Assembly (NCBI GenBank): GCA_045656985.1
Contig: JAZOSH010000025.1
Coordinates: 1-57,272 of the forward strand
Reading direction: 5' to 3'
DNA: 57,272 nt
Source of the DNA: Eubacteriales bacterium
Lineage (GTDB): Bacteria > Bacillota > Clostridia > Oscillospirales > CAG-272
The notes below the pieces were generated by a model. That model had not been told where the DNA came from. It saw nothing but the letters and a program-made list of their open reading frames with translations, and did no database searches. The translations under genes were made by a program, and so were the position numbers. Below, piece after piece: positions 1 through 9,329 of this stretch; within the stretch, counting starts at the first letter, position 1; each line of letters opens with the position of its first letter.

Positions 1-161
1 CAATATTTGTTTATGCCCCTTGTGACCACCCGAGGGGGGAGCAAGGGCTGCGGGAGCTAAACCTTTTGTAATGAAAGTTTTTGGGAGTCCAGAACCCTTT
101 TTTCAAAAAGGGTTTTGGATAATCCTTCTCGTCAACTAACTCTTCAACAAATCCCAATTTG
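1..161. mobile_element. Right part of a MITE/REP-like dispersed repeat, truncated by the window start; full copy at 38714-38971
   Basis: Positions 48-141 match 38857-38950 with 1 mismatch in 94 bp. It ends in the TIR-like caacaaatcccaatttg and contains the internal palindrome aacccttttttcaaaaagggtt. Confidence 0.8.
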
Positions 162-223
162 TTTCAAAATTCTTTTACAATAATATAAATATAATATGGC
201 GGTAAAAAAATTTCAAAAAAGCC

Positions 224-252
224 TTGACAGCAGATTGACAAAGTGATATAAT
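224..252 (+). promoter_or_regulatory. Sigma-A promoter of the rpmG-secE-nusG operon
   Basis: TTGACA (224-229), 17-bp spacer, TGn-TATAAT (247-252). Confidence 0.85.
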
Positions 253-398
253 AACTCTACCTCTGCAAATGGGCTTTTTTTGTGTGCGCATTTTTGCGCC
301 AACAAAGCGCACATGACCTTTTGTATGAGGGAGGTACACGGACAGGCCCGCGAGAGCGCAGTCTGTCAAATAAATTGAAACGGGAGGTGCCGAACAAA

Positions 399-560
399 AT
401 GGCTAATGATTCAAGAGTCAAAATCACTCTTGCTTGCACAGAGTGCAAACAGAGAAACTACGACACAAAGAAAAACAAGAAGAATGACCCTGACAGACTT
501 GAAATGAACAAGTATTGCAAGTTCTGCCGCAAGCACACTCTTCACAAAGAAACCAAGTAA
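399..560 (+). CDS. rpmG: 50S ribosomal protein L33 (zinc-ribbon C+ form)
   Basis: [21 protein letters not shown]...[16 protein letters not shown] with two CxxC motifs; GGAGG RBS; upstream of secE-nusG. Confidence 0.97.
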   Translation: MANDSRVKITLACTECKQRNYDTKKNKKNDPDRLEMNKYCKFCRKHTLHKETK

Positions 561-579
561 TTTGGCAGGAGGGATAGAA

Positions 580-843
580 ATGGCAGAGAAAGAAACAAAA
601 GTTGCTAAAGCCGAAAACAAACCCCAGAAAGCCAAAAAGGAAAAGAAAAAAGGCAGGATCGGTAACGCTTGGCGCGGCTTCAAGAGCGAGTTCAAGAAGA
701 TAGTCTGGCCTTCATGGAAGCAGGTTCGCAAGAACACTCTTGTAGTTGTCGTTATAGTAATCGTTTGTGCATTGGTAATAGGCGCGCTTGATGTCGTATT
801 CAACGCGGGTATTACAGCACTCACAGAGCTCTTCACTCACTAA
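580..843 (+). CDS. secE: Preprotein translocase subunit SecE
   Basis: SEFKKIVWPS motif followed by one TM helix; between rpmG and nusG. Confidence 0.95.
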   Translation: MAEKETKVAKAENKPQKAKKEKKKGRIGNAWRGFKSEFKKIVWPSWKQVRKNTLVVVVIVIVCALVIGALDVVFNAGITALTELFTH

Positions 844-855
844 TCGGAGAAGGCT

Positions 856-1395
856 ATGAGCGATATCAACGAGATGAATGTCGGCCCGAGATGGTATGTG
901 GCGCACACCTATTCAGGCTATGAAAACAAGGTAAAGGCAAGCCTTGAAAAGATCATCGAAAACCGAAATCTCGGTCATCTTATCTATGACATAAGAATTC
1001 CGGTCGAGATAGTCGTCGAGAAAAACGGCGATGAAGAAAAGGAAACAGAAATAAAGATATTTCCTACCTATGTCTACATCAAAATGACAATGACCGAGGA
1101 GAGCTGGCACGCAGTGCGTAACATCACAGGCGTTACAGGCTTTGTAGGTCCTGGGTCGCGTCCTACGCCTCTTTCAGATGCAGAGGTTGAGGCCCTTAAT
1201 ATTGAGCAGACAAAAAAGGTGGAGCTTTCGTTCAAGGAGGGCGATGCCGTTCAGGTCATCGACGGACTTTTCGAGGGCTTCTTCGGTACAGTACAGTCTA
1301 TTTCCGATGACCTTAAAAAAGTCACGGTCCTCGTTAAAAAGGGTCGCCGTGATATGCCCGTAGAGCTTGACGCAAGCGTCATAAAGCTCGCCTGA
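856..1395 (+). CDS. nusG: Transcription termination/antitermination factor NusG
   Basis: RWYVAHTYSGYENKVK, FPTYV, GVTGFVG and a C-terminal KOW domain. Confidence 0.97.
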   Translation: MSDINEMNVGPRWYVAHTYSGYENKVKASLEKIIENRNLGHLIYDIRIPVEIVVEKNGDEEKETEIKIFPTYVYIKMTMTEESWHAVRNITGVTGFVGPGSRPTPLSDAEVEALNIEQTKKVELSFKEGDAVQVIDGLFEGFFGTVQSISDDLKKVTVLVKKGRRDMPVELDASVIKLA

Positions 1396-1435
1396 TTTTA
1401 ATCAGAAACAGAACATCGCGTGAGCATTCACGCGC

Positions 1436-1480
1436 GTGGGAGGGAGAAAAATTTTTGAATTCTCCCGCAATTATTACCAC
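1436..1480 (+). promoter_or_regulatory. L1-binding autoregulatory leader of rplK-rplA
   Basis: GTGGGAG-hairpin-ATTATTACCAC immediately before the GGAGG RBS, resembling the known rplK leader architecture. Confidence 0.65.
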
Positions 1481-1500
1481 ATTTGGAGGAATTTTTAATT

Positions 1501-1926
1501 ATGGCAAAGAAAGTATTAGGTTACATCAAGCTGCAGTTGCCTGCTGGTAAGGCGACACCTCAGCCTCCCGTAGGACCTGCTCTCGGTCAGTACGGTGTAG
1601 CAATTCCCGTATTTACAAAGGAATTCAACGAGAGAACAAAGAACGACATGGGTCTTATCATTCCTGTTGTTATCACAGTTTATGCTGACCGTTCGTTCAC
1701 ATTCATCACAAAGACTCCCCCTGCAGCAGTTCTTATCAAGAAGGCAGCAGGTATAGAGACAGGCTCCGGTAAGCCCAACAAGAACAAGGTTGCTACTATC
1801 ACCAAGGAGCAGGTAAGAAAGATCGCAGAGACAAAGATGCCCGACCTCAACGCTTCTTCCGTAGAGACCGCTATGAGCATGGTTGCAGGAACAGCACGCA
1901 GCATGGGCGTTGTTGTTGAAGACTAA
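1501..1926 (+). CDS. rplK: 50S ribosomal protein L11
   Basis: [30 protein letters not shown]; ATG at 1501 after GGAGG. Confidence 0.98.
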   Translation: MAKKVLGYIKLQLPAGKATPQPPVGPALGQYGVAIPVFTKEFNERTKNDMGLIIPVVITVYADRSFTFITKTPPAAVLIKKAAGIETGSGKPNKNKVATITKEQVRKIAETKMPDLNASSVETAMSMVAGTARSMGVVVED

Positions 1927-1944
1927 TTAAGGAGGGTACTGAAA

Positions 1945-2631
1945 ATGGGAAAGAAGTATACAGATAGTGTAAAGCTCATTGATAAGTCGAAGGTCTATGA
2001 CCCCTCCGAGGCACTTGAGCTCGTTTGCCAGACATCTAAGGCAAAGTTTGACGAGACAATTGAGATCCACATCAGACTTGGTGTTGACTCAAGACACGCT
2101 GACCAGCAGGTCAGAGGCGCAGTTGTTCTCCCCAACGGAACAGGTAAGAAGGTTAAGGTTCTTGTTTTCGCAAAGGGCGACAATGTTCAGAAGGCTCTTG
2201 ACGCAGGCGCAGATTACGCAGGCGGCGCAGAGTATGCTGAGAAGATCCAGACAGAGAACTGGTTTGATTTTGATGTTGTTATCGCAAGCCCCGACATGAT
2301 GGGTGTTATCGGTAAGCTCGGTAAGGTGCTCGGTCCTAAGGGACTTATGCCTTCTCCTAAGGCCGGTACAGTTACTCCCGATGTTGCAAGAGCTGTTACA
2401 GAGGCTAAGGCTGGTAAGATCGAGTACAGACTTGATAAGACCAACATTATCCACTGCCCCATCGGTAAGGCATCCTTCGGTGTAGAGAAGCTCACAGAGA
2501 ACTTTGACACACTCGTTGGTGCAGTTATCAAGGCAAAGCCTGCAGCTGCAAAGGGTCAGTACATCAAGAGCTGCGTAATCGCAAGCACAATGGGCCCCGG
2601 CATCAAGATAAATCAGGCAAAGCTTGGTTAA
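1945..2631 (+). CDS. rplA: 50S ribosomal protein L1
   Basis: [15 protein letters not shown]...[15 protein letters not shown]...[14 protein letters not shown]. Confidence 0.98.
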   Translation: MGKKYTDSVKLIDKSKVYDPSEALELVCQTSKAKFDETIEIHIRLGVDSRHADQQVRGAVVLPNGTGKKVKVLVFAKGDNVQKALDAGADYAGGAEYAEKIQTENWFDFDVVIASPDMMGVIGKLGKVLGPKGLMPSPKAGTVTPDVARAVTEAKAGKIEYRLDKTNIIHCPIGKASFGVEKLTENFDTLVGAVIKAKPAAAKGQYIKSCVIASTMGPGIKINQAKLG

Positions 2632-2647
2632 TTGATACTATCAATAT

Positions 2648-2683
2648 AAAAAGCACGGAACACAATGTGTTCCGTGCTTTTTT
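2648..2683. terminator. Bidirectional intrinsic terminator
   Basis: aaaaagcacggaacac-aat-gtgttccgtgctttttt between convergent genes. Confidence 0.85.
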
Positions 2684-3513
2684 CATTCTCTTCTGGTCGG
2701 CTCAAGGAAGAAGATGCCAAGACGAAGAGCAAAGTATATAGCTATCGGTGCTATGGTGAGTGCAGGAGAAACAGAAATTATCTCGCCGTGCCACTTAACG
2801 ATAACAATATCAAGCATGAATGCCGAAAGAATAAGGTCTATAAAATACGCACGGCGCAGGAGCAAGGAAATAAAGGCTGAACCAATGAGCAATACCGCAA
2901 GGTGTGTCATGAGAGTTGCTTGCTCCTCAGAAAGCGGAGAGAGAATGTCAAGTCCGTAAAGATAGGCGCGGTCAGCGCGGGCAAGCTCCTCATCACTTAT
3001 CTCTACTCCGAAATATGCCTCGCGAAGCGGCTCTGTGCGCTCGTATATTTTGATAAGTGCAAGCTGAAGTGCCCCAAAAAGCACTCCCGTCACCGCCGAA
3101 AGATAGAAGGCTCGTCGTTTTCTGTCGGTGCGGTCGGCAAAAAGGGTGTCATAAAGCGAGCCGATAAAGTAAAGCACCGCAGTGATAAGATAAAACATCG
3201 GGCGCTCGTCAAGCCTGCCATTCATAAAAGCAATAGACGCAAAGAGAGCGGGCAGAAGCGATACCGCAAGTACAAGCGAGGGGAGTTTTTCAAAAAAACG
3301 GCCGACAAGCAGGGCGAGGACTGTTAACAAAAACAGTATCGCATAGCTGCGAAGCTTGTCCGAGCCGTCAAGCAAAAAGTCAAGCCTTTCACGAAGCCCT
3401 ACCTCGCCAAGCGACGAAAAATCGGCATTCATATAGCTTCTCGTCAGCAAAAGCGCGGCAAAAAAGGCGGATATTGCTGCGAGAATATCGGTAAATTTCT
3501 TAAAATAGCTCAT
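2683..3513 (-). CDS. Hypothetical multi-pass membrane protein
   Basis: About 276 aa from ATG at 3513 (GAGGG RBS) with several hydrophobic segments; no family recognised. Confidence 0.75.
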   Translation of the reverse strand: MSYFKKFTDILAAISAFFAALLLTRSYMNADFSSLGEVGLRERLDFLLDGSDKLRSYAILFLLTVLALLVGRFFEKLPSLVLAVSLLPALFASIAFMNGRLDERPMFYLITAVLYFIGSLYDTLFADRTDRKRRAFYLSAVTGVLFGALQLALIKIYERTEPLREAYFGVEISDEELARADRAYLYGLDILSPLSEEQATLMTHLAVLLIGSAFISLLLRRAYFIDLILSAFMLDIVIVKWHGEIISVSPALTIAPIAIYFALRLGIFFLEPTRRE

Positions 3514-3670
3514 ATTTCCCTCTAGGTAAAATAATTCCCTTTTATTATACATTACTTACCCCCAAAATTCAATATCATTCGCCCAAAAGAAAAATATATT
3601 TAAAAAAATGCTTGTTATAGACCTCGCCGCGTGATATAATATTTGTAATAAACATTAACGGAGGCTACTT

Positions 3671-4951
3671 ATGAATTCTTCTCAACTCATAACTTATATA
3701 AATGGCGGTGGGCTTGACGCACGCCTGCTTTCGCTTTACGGCGCCGATGCTCTCGGTGCTCAAAAAGCAAGATATATAGCGGCCATTGAGAACTTCACAG
3801 CTCTTTACGGCGAGCGTGAGGTGTCACTTTTCTCGGTTCCCGGCAGAAGCGAGCTCTCGGGCAATCATACAGACCACAATCTCGGTCGCGTTATCGCCGC
3901 TTCGGTAGACCTTGATATGATAACTGTGGCTTCCCCCACCGACGACGGGGTAGTCCGCCTTACGAGCGAGGGCTTTGGCGAGGAAATCGTTGACCTTGCA
4001 GAGTATATATCCCCCGACCTTGCCCTTGCGGGAAGCTCGGCTTCTCTCATCGCGGGCGTTTGCGCCGCATTCCGCGAGAGAGCGCTTGCAGTGGGCGGTT
4101 TTGTGGCTTACACAACATCGCGCGTGCTCGGTGGCTCGGGACTTTCGTCCTCGGCGGCATTTGAAAATATGATAGGAACTGTTGAAAACCACCTTTACAA
4201 CGGCGGCAGAGTCGACAGCGTTGAGATAGCAAAAATATCACAATACGCCGAAAATGTATTTTTCTTCAAGCCTTGCGGACTTATGGATCAGGTGGCGTGC
4301 GCCTATGGCGGTATAGTTACCATTGATTTTGCCAACAAAAAGGCTCCCGTTATTGAAAAGATAGACTTTAATCCCACCGAGCAGGGCTTCTCGCTCTGTA
4401 TCGTTGCGACAGGCGGAAATCACGCCGACCTTACCGACGATTATGCCTCTGTGCCCGCCGAGATGAAGGCGGTTGCGGCGGCTCTTGGCAAGGAGGTTCT
4501 TCGCCAGACCGACAGAGACGCACTTGTTGCCGCGCTCCCTTCCCTTCGCGAGAGCCTTGGCGACCGCGCAATTCTCCGCGCTCTGCATTTCTTTGCCGAA
4601 AACGAACGCGTAGAGGCGCAGGTAAATGCCCTCAAGGCGCGCTGTGTTGACAAATTTTTTGAAAATGTTATCGCATCGGGACGCTCCTCCTTCTGCTATC
4701 TGCAGAATATTTATACCACCAAAAATGTTGCCGAGCAGGGACTTTCGCTTGCCCTCTGCCTTGCAGAGAGCGTGCTCTCCTCGCGCGGCGGTGCGTGGCG
4801 CGTTCACGGCGGCGGCTTTGCGGGCACTATTCAGGCCTTCGTGCCCGATGAGTGTCTTGATGACTTCCGTACAGTGATGGAGTCCACATTTGGCGAGGGT
4901 TCTTGCATCACCTTAAAAATCCGCCCCGACGGCGCGATAAAGGTGATATGA
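3671..4951 (+). CDS. Galactokinase-family (GHMP) sugar kinase
   Basis: PGRSELSGNHTDHN, GSGLSSSAA ATP-binding loop, KPCGLMDQ, RVHGGGFAG. Confidence 0.9.
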   Translation: MNSSQLITYINGGGLDARLLSLYGADALGAQKARYIAAIENFTALYGEREVSLFSVPGRSELSGNHTDHNLGRVIAASVDLDMITVASPTDDGVVRLTSEGFGEEIVDLAEYISPDLALAGSSASLIAGVCAAFRERALAVGGFVAYTTSRVLGGSGLSSSAAFENMIGTVENHLYNGGRVDSVEIAKISQYAENVFFFKPCGLMDQVACAYGGIVTIDFANKKAPVIEKIDFNPTEQGFSLCIVATGGNHADLTDDYASVPAEMKAVAAALGKEVLRQTDRDALVAALPSLRESLGDRAILRALHFFAENERVEAQVNALKARCVDKFFENVIASGRSSFCYLQNIYTTKNVAEQGLSLALCLAESVLSSRGGAWRVHGGGFAGTIQAFVPDECLDDFRTVMESTFGEGSCITLKIRPDGAIKVI

Positions 4952-5730
4952 GAATTGTAACATTATACTCAGGGTCGGGCGGAAACGCGACTTACATAGA
5001 GGCGGCGGGGGTAAAGCTACTCATCGACGCGGGCAAATGTGCGCGTGCGCTTTGTACCTCGCTGACAAAAATAGGCGTCTCGATCGACGAAATAGACGCC
5101 ATATTTATAACACACGAGCACGGCGACCACATAGCCGCGCTTGAGGTGCTTTCAAAGAAGCACAAGCTGCCGATACACATTACAGAAAAGAGTGCCGAGA
5201 GATTTTACGGCGAGCGTTATTCTGCGCTTTTAGAGTGTATCGTGCCCCACTCGCCCGTGTTTTCTGTAGAAATCGGAGGTGTTTGTGTCCACTCCTTCCC
5301 CACTCCGCACGACAGCCGAATGAGTGTTGGCTATCGTATCTGCTTTGAGGAGAACGGAGAGCACGCGCTCGGTCTTGCCACCGATATAGGCTATGTGACC
5401 GATGCAATTAGAGAAGGTCTTTCGGGGTGTGAAGCGGTTGTGCTTGAGTCAAATCATGACATTGATATGCTTAAGAGCGGCCCATATCCATATGACCTTA
5501 AGCAAAGAATACTTTCGCGCAGAGGGCATCTTTCAAATGCTGAAAGTGCGCTTTTTGCCGCAGAGCTTGCTGCCACGGGAACAAAGTCCTTCATTCTGGC
5601 GCACTTGAGTGCCGAGAACAATGAGCCTGCTTTGGCTCTTGACGAATTCCTCTCTGCGACCTCTGATCTGTCTGTTCGCGTTGCGATAGCGCACCCCGAC
5701 GAGCCTACTGAAATGATTTTTGGGAGATAA
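4948..5730 (+). CDS. MBL-fold metallo-hydrolase (YycJ/WalJ-like)
   Basis: LYSGSGGN, THEHGDH, TPHDS, ATDIG, LESNHD, GHLSN, LAHLS; ATGA overlap with the upstream gene. Confidence 0.9.
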   Translation: MRIVTLYSGSGGNATYIEAAGVKLLIDAGKCARALCTSLTKIGVSIDEIDAIFITHEHGDHIAALEVLSKKHKLPIHITEKSAERFYGERYSALLECIVPHSPVFSVEIGGVCVHSFPTPHDSRMSVGYRICFEENGEHALGLATDIGYVTDAIREGLSGCEAVVLESNHDIDMLKSGPYPYDLKQRILSRRGHLSNAESALFAAELAATGTKSFILAHLSAENNEPALALDEFLSATSDLSVRVAIAHPDEPTEMIFGR

Positions 5731-5733
5731 AAA

Positions 5734-6213
5734 ATGCTGAATGTTAAGCTTATCTGCACAGGAAGCCTCAAGGAGAGCTATCTGCGCGAGGCATTTGCCG
5801 AATACGCAAAGCGCCTTGGCGGTGTTTGCCGCTTTGAGCTGCTTGAACTAAAGGAGCACAAGCTGTCCGACGCCCCTTCGGACGCCGAGATCGCGACCGC
5901 TCTTGACGAGGAGGCAAAAAAGATACTTGCCGCAATACCTCCGCGTGCCTTCAAAATAGCCCTTTGTATTGAGGGAAAGCAGTATTCCTCGGAGGAGTTT
6001 GCCAAAATTCTTGACGGTGCCACAGCGACGCATAGCGATATCTGCTTTGTCATAGGAAGCTCATACGGACTTGCCGAGAGCGTGAAGCGGGCGGCAGATC
6101 TGCGCCTGTCTTTTTCAAAAATGACCTTTCCGCATCAGCTTATGCGAGTCATCTGCGCCGAAGCCCTCTACCGCGCCTTTAATATCATAAAGGGCACGAA
6201 GTACCATAAATAA
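5734..6213 (+). CDS. rlmH: 23S rRNA (pseudouridine1915-N3)-methyltransferase
   Basis: FVIGSSYGL, LSFSKMTFPHQLMRV, YRAFNI..G.KYHK SPOUT motifs. Confidence 0.95.
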   Translation: MLNVKLICTGSLKESYLREAFAEYAKRLGGVCRFELLELKEHKLSDAPSDAEIATALDEEAKKILAAIPPRAFKIALCIEGKQYSSEEFAKILDGATATHSDICFVIGSSYGLAESVKRAADLRLSFSKMTFPHQLMRVICAEALYRAFNIIKGTKYHK

Positions 6214-6251
6214 CAAACTTTCCCTTCCATTTATGTAAAACAAGGTGAAAA

Positions 6252-7196
6252 ATGAAAAAAATAACAGCGATATTACTTGTCCTTCTGCTTTGCGTGCTTC
6301 CGCTGGTCTCGTGTGAGGGCGCAGCAGATGACGGAAAAATAAAAATAGTTTGCTCTATCTTCCCTGTCTACGATTGGGTAAGATGCATTGTGGGTGACGC
6401 CGATGGTGTTGAGGTCAGCCTTCTTGTATCTGACGGAAGCGATCCGCACAGCTACAACGCAGGCGTTGCCGACATTGTGGCGATCTCCTCGTGCGATCTG
6501 CTTGTAACGGTGGGTGGCGACTCTGATGCGTGGATAAATGCCGCGCTCCGCGATGTGCAGAATAAGGAGCTCTCTGTGCTTCGTCTGCTTGATATTCTTG
6601 ACGAACGCGAGCTTGCCTATACCGCCGACAGCGAGCACGAGCACTCTCACACCGAGGGAGAGGACTGCCACCACACACTTGACGAGCATATCTGGCTCTC
6701 ACCAAAGGCGGCGCTTCTCCTCTGCGAGAGCATCTATGAAGCACTCCTTGCACTTGATGCATCAAATGCCGATATATACGGAAAGAATTTTGACGCCTAC
6801 CGTGCCGAGCTTTCCTCACTTGATGCGCTCTACACCGAGCGCGCCGAGACGGCGGACAAGCCCTTCATTTTTGCCGACCGCTTCCCCTTCAAGTACCTGT
6901 TTTGCGACTACTCACTTGACTATATCGCGGCGTTTTCGTCCTGCTCTGCCGATAGCGAGGCAAGCTTTTCGACGGTCATCTCACTTGCAAACGAGATAGG
7001 CGCAAATGGACTTGACAGAATTTTTGTGACCGAGAGTGCGATAGACGGCATTGCTGAGTCTGTTATCTCGGCTTCGGGTCGGGTGTGCGAGATAGTCGCT
7101 ATTGACTCACTGCAGTCGGTCACAGCACGCGAGGCAGAGGACGGCGCATCATATGTTGAAATCATGAAGCAAAACGCAGAGCTGTTATTTGAATAG
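6252..7196 (+). CDS. Zn/Mn ABC transporter substrate-binding lipoprotein (ZnuA/AdcA family)
   Basis: Lipobox LVSC, DPHSY, His-rich loop EHEHSHTEGEDCHH, DEHIWLSP. Confidence 0.9.
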   Translation: MKKITAILLVLLLCVLPLVSCEGAADDGKIKIVCSIFPVYDWVRCIVGDADGVEVSLLVSDGSDPHSYNAGVADIVAISSCDLLVTVGGDSDAWINAALRDVQNKELSVLRLLDILDERELAYTADSEHEHSHTEGEDCHHTLDEHIWLSPKAALLLCESIYEALLALDASNADIYGKNFDAYRAELSSLDALYTERAETADKPFIFADRFPFKYLFCDYSLDYIAAFSSCSADSEASFSTVISLANEIGANGLDRIFVTESAIDGIAESVISASGRVCEIVAIDSLQSVTAREAEDGASYVEIMKQNAELLFE

Positions 7197-7204
7197 GAGC
7201 TACT

Positions 7205-7936
7205 ATGATAAAAATAGAATGTAAAAATGTTGCCCTTGGCTATGAGGGACAAACAGTGACCGAGAACTTGAGCTTCACGGTGACAAGCGGAGACTACCTC
7301 TGCATCGTGGGCGAGAACGGCTCGGGAAAAACAACACTTATGAAGGCTCTTTTACAGAGCATTACTCCCATCTCGGGAGAGATATGCTTTGAGGGGCTCT
7401 CGCGCGGTGAGGTGGGCTATCTTCCCCAGATCTCTCCCGCACAGAATGACTTCCCCGCAAGTGTCCGCGAGGTGGTGCTCTCGGGCTGTCTTTCGGGAAT
7501 GGGGCGCTGCCCCTTTTATTCGGCGCGCGAAAAGGCAAGAGCCAACGAAAATATGGAAAAGCTTGGCATACTTTCTCTTGCGAAGAAGCCCTACCGCGAG
7601 CTTTCGGGCGGTCAGAAGCAGAGAGTTCTGCTTGCCCGCGCGCTCTGTCAGGCACGCAAGCTCTTGCTTCTTGACGAGCCCACAGCAAGTCTTGACCCAC
7701 AGATATCCGCCGATTTCTACTCAATAGTTGAAAAGCTCAACCGCGAGGAGAACATAACCGTTATAATGATATCGCATGATATTCATTCGGCAATGAAATA
7801 TGCGTCACATATTCTGCATGTCGGCAAAACCCCGCTCTTCTTTGGCAAGACGCACGATTACATTCACAGCGGTATCTCGGGCTGCTTCTGCTGCCACGAG
7901 GAGCACGACCACGAGCACGGGGAGGACGAAAAATGA
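7205..7936 (+). CDS. Zn/Mn ABC transporter ATP-binding protein
   Basis: GENGSGKT, LSGGQKQR, LLLDEP; His/Cys-rich tail CFCCHEEHDHEH. Confidence 0.92.
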   Translation: MIKIECKNVALGYEGQTVTENLSFTVTSGDYLCIVGENGSGKTTLMKALLQSITPISGEICFEGLSRGEVGYLPQISPAQNDFPASVREVVLSGCLSGMGRCPFYSAREKARANENMEKLGILSLAKKPYRELSGGQKQRVLLARALCQARKLLLLDEPTASLDPQISADFYSIVEKLNREENITVIMISHDIHSAMKYASHILHVGKTPLFFGKTHDYIHSGISGCFCCHEEHDHEHGEDEK

Positions 7937-8775
7937 GCGAAATGATGATAAAGCTTTACGAATATTTCTCCTATCCCTTCGTGAGAAACGCAATGATAGT
8001 TGGCGTGCTGATAGCGCTCTGCGCCTCGCTTTTTGGCGTAATTCTTGTACTAAAGCGCTTCTCCTTTATCGGTGACGGACTTTCTCATGTCGCCTTTGGA
8101 GCTATGGCGGTGGCTACTGTGCTTGGCATCACCAACGGCGTTGCAGTAGTGCTTCCTGTAACCGTTATATCTGCGATACTTATTCTCAAGGCGGGCGAGA
8201 AGCGCCGTCTTGGCGGTGATGCGGCAATAGCACTTATATCGGTGTCCTCTCTTGCACTTGGATACCTTCTTATGAACATTTTCTCAGCTTCGCCAAATGT
8301 CAGCGGCGATGTCTGCTCTACACTTTTTGGTTCAACCACCATTCTCACCCTCACAAGCCTTGATGTATGGCTTTGTGTTCTGCTTTCGGTGGCGGTGCTT
8401 GCGGCATTTGTGCTGCTTTATAACAAGATATTTGCCGTTACCTTTGATGAGAGCTTTGCAGCGGCAGGCGGACTTCACCCCGAGCTATTCAATCTCGTTA
8501 TTGCAGTGGTGGTCGCCGTTATCATCGTGCTTGCTATGAATCTTGTCGGCTCTCTGCTCATCTCGGCACTCGTTATATTCCCTGCACTTACCGCAATGCG
8601 ACTTTTCAAGAGCTTCCGCGCAGTTATGCTCTGCTCGGCAGTGGTTGCCCTTTTCTCATCGGCAATCGGAATTCTCGTGGCGATCCTTGCCTCTACTCCC
8701 GTCGGTGCGACGATAGTTGGCGTACAGATAGCGGTGTTTGTTCTCTTTTCATTTATAGGAATGTGCAAAAAATAA
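7933..8775 (+). CDS. Zn/Mn ABC transporter permease (ZnuB family)
   Basis: SFIGDGLSHVAF, VGSLLISAL..FP; polytopic membrane protein. Confidence 0.92.
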   Translation: MSEMMIKLYEYFSYPFVRNAMIVGVLIALCASLFGVILVLKRFSFIGDGLSHVAFGAMAVATVLGITNGVAVVLPVTVISAILILKAGEKRRLGGDAAIALISVSSLALGYLLMNIFSASPNVSGDVCSTLFGSTTILTLTSLDVWLCVLLSVAVLAAFVLLYNKIFAVTFDESFAAAGGLHPELFNLVIAVVVAVIIVLAMNLVGSLLISALVIFPALTAMRLFKSFRAVMLCSAVVALFSSAIGILVAILASTPVGATIVGVQIAVFVLFSFIGMCKK

Positions 8776-8849
8776 AGAGAGGAGCCCTGATGCTGTGCAC
8801 TCTTAAGGACAGTTTTCTAAATTGAATAAAATATATTACCTACCGACAG

Positions 8850-8890
8850 AAAAAAGGACAGAAACTATTTTATGTTTTCTGTCCTTTTTT
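8850..8890. terminator. Bidirectional terminator inside the insertion
   Basis: aaaaaaggacagaaa-loop-tttctgtccttttttt-type hairpin just downstream of the small minus-strand ORF. Confidence 0.7.
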
Positions 8891-8899
8891 ATACGATTA

Positions 8900-9100
8900 T
8901 CAAATATAAACTTTACTCACAACAATGTTTTCTTCTTTGTTTTTTGTATCAAATTCAGGGAAACAAAGCAAATAGTAGTCGCACTCGTCACAACAACATT
9001 CAAAGCCTTCTTCTCCGTTACCAAGACAAACCATAGGCTCTCCGGGCGCAAGTTCTACGCCGGTAATATCTATTACCCTTTTTTGAGTATTCTTGCTCAT
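8900..9100 (-). CDS. Small acidic Cys-rich hypothetical protein (66 aa)
   Basis: ATG at 9100 after a GGGGG RBS; MSKNTQKRVIDITGVELAPGEPMVCLGNGEEGFECCCDECDYYLLCF...; 6 Cys. Confidence 0.7.
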   Translation of the reverse strand: MSKNTQKRVIDITGVELAPGEPMVCLGNGEEGFECCCDECDYYLLCFPEFDTKNKEENIVVSKVYI

Positions 9101-9119
9101 ATATCCCCCATCTGCATAT

Positions 9120-9329
9120 AAAAAAGGTGCGTAACCGAAGCCACGCACCGAAAACCGCAAACTCCGATTGCTGCTACACAAACTAAATTAGAATTAGGGC
9201 ATTTACCATAACCATTTAGTAGAGCTTGCGATTTTACCAAGTTCAAAAATAGTTATGGCAAAAAAAGGGTATAAATATGCCTATAAAGACAAAAATACCA
9301 CCAATTCTAATATTCAGTTTGTGTAGCAT
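9120..9329 (-). ncRNA. Candidate structured ncRNA or attenuator leader (about 205 nt)
   Basis: Promoter TTGATT (9362-9357)-17-TGnTATAAT (9339-9334). A long stem starts at the predicted 5' end (9327 pairs with 9173), an inner hairpin follows, then a C(UUCG)G terminator with a U6 tract (9149-9120). Confidence 0.6.

Noticed and set aside
6190-6251. SCCmec-like attB at the rlmH 3' end (…AAGTACCATAAATAA)
   Set aside because: No recombinase and no downstream direct repeat; the Zn ABC operon follows directly, so the site appears empty.
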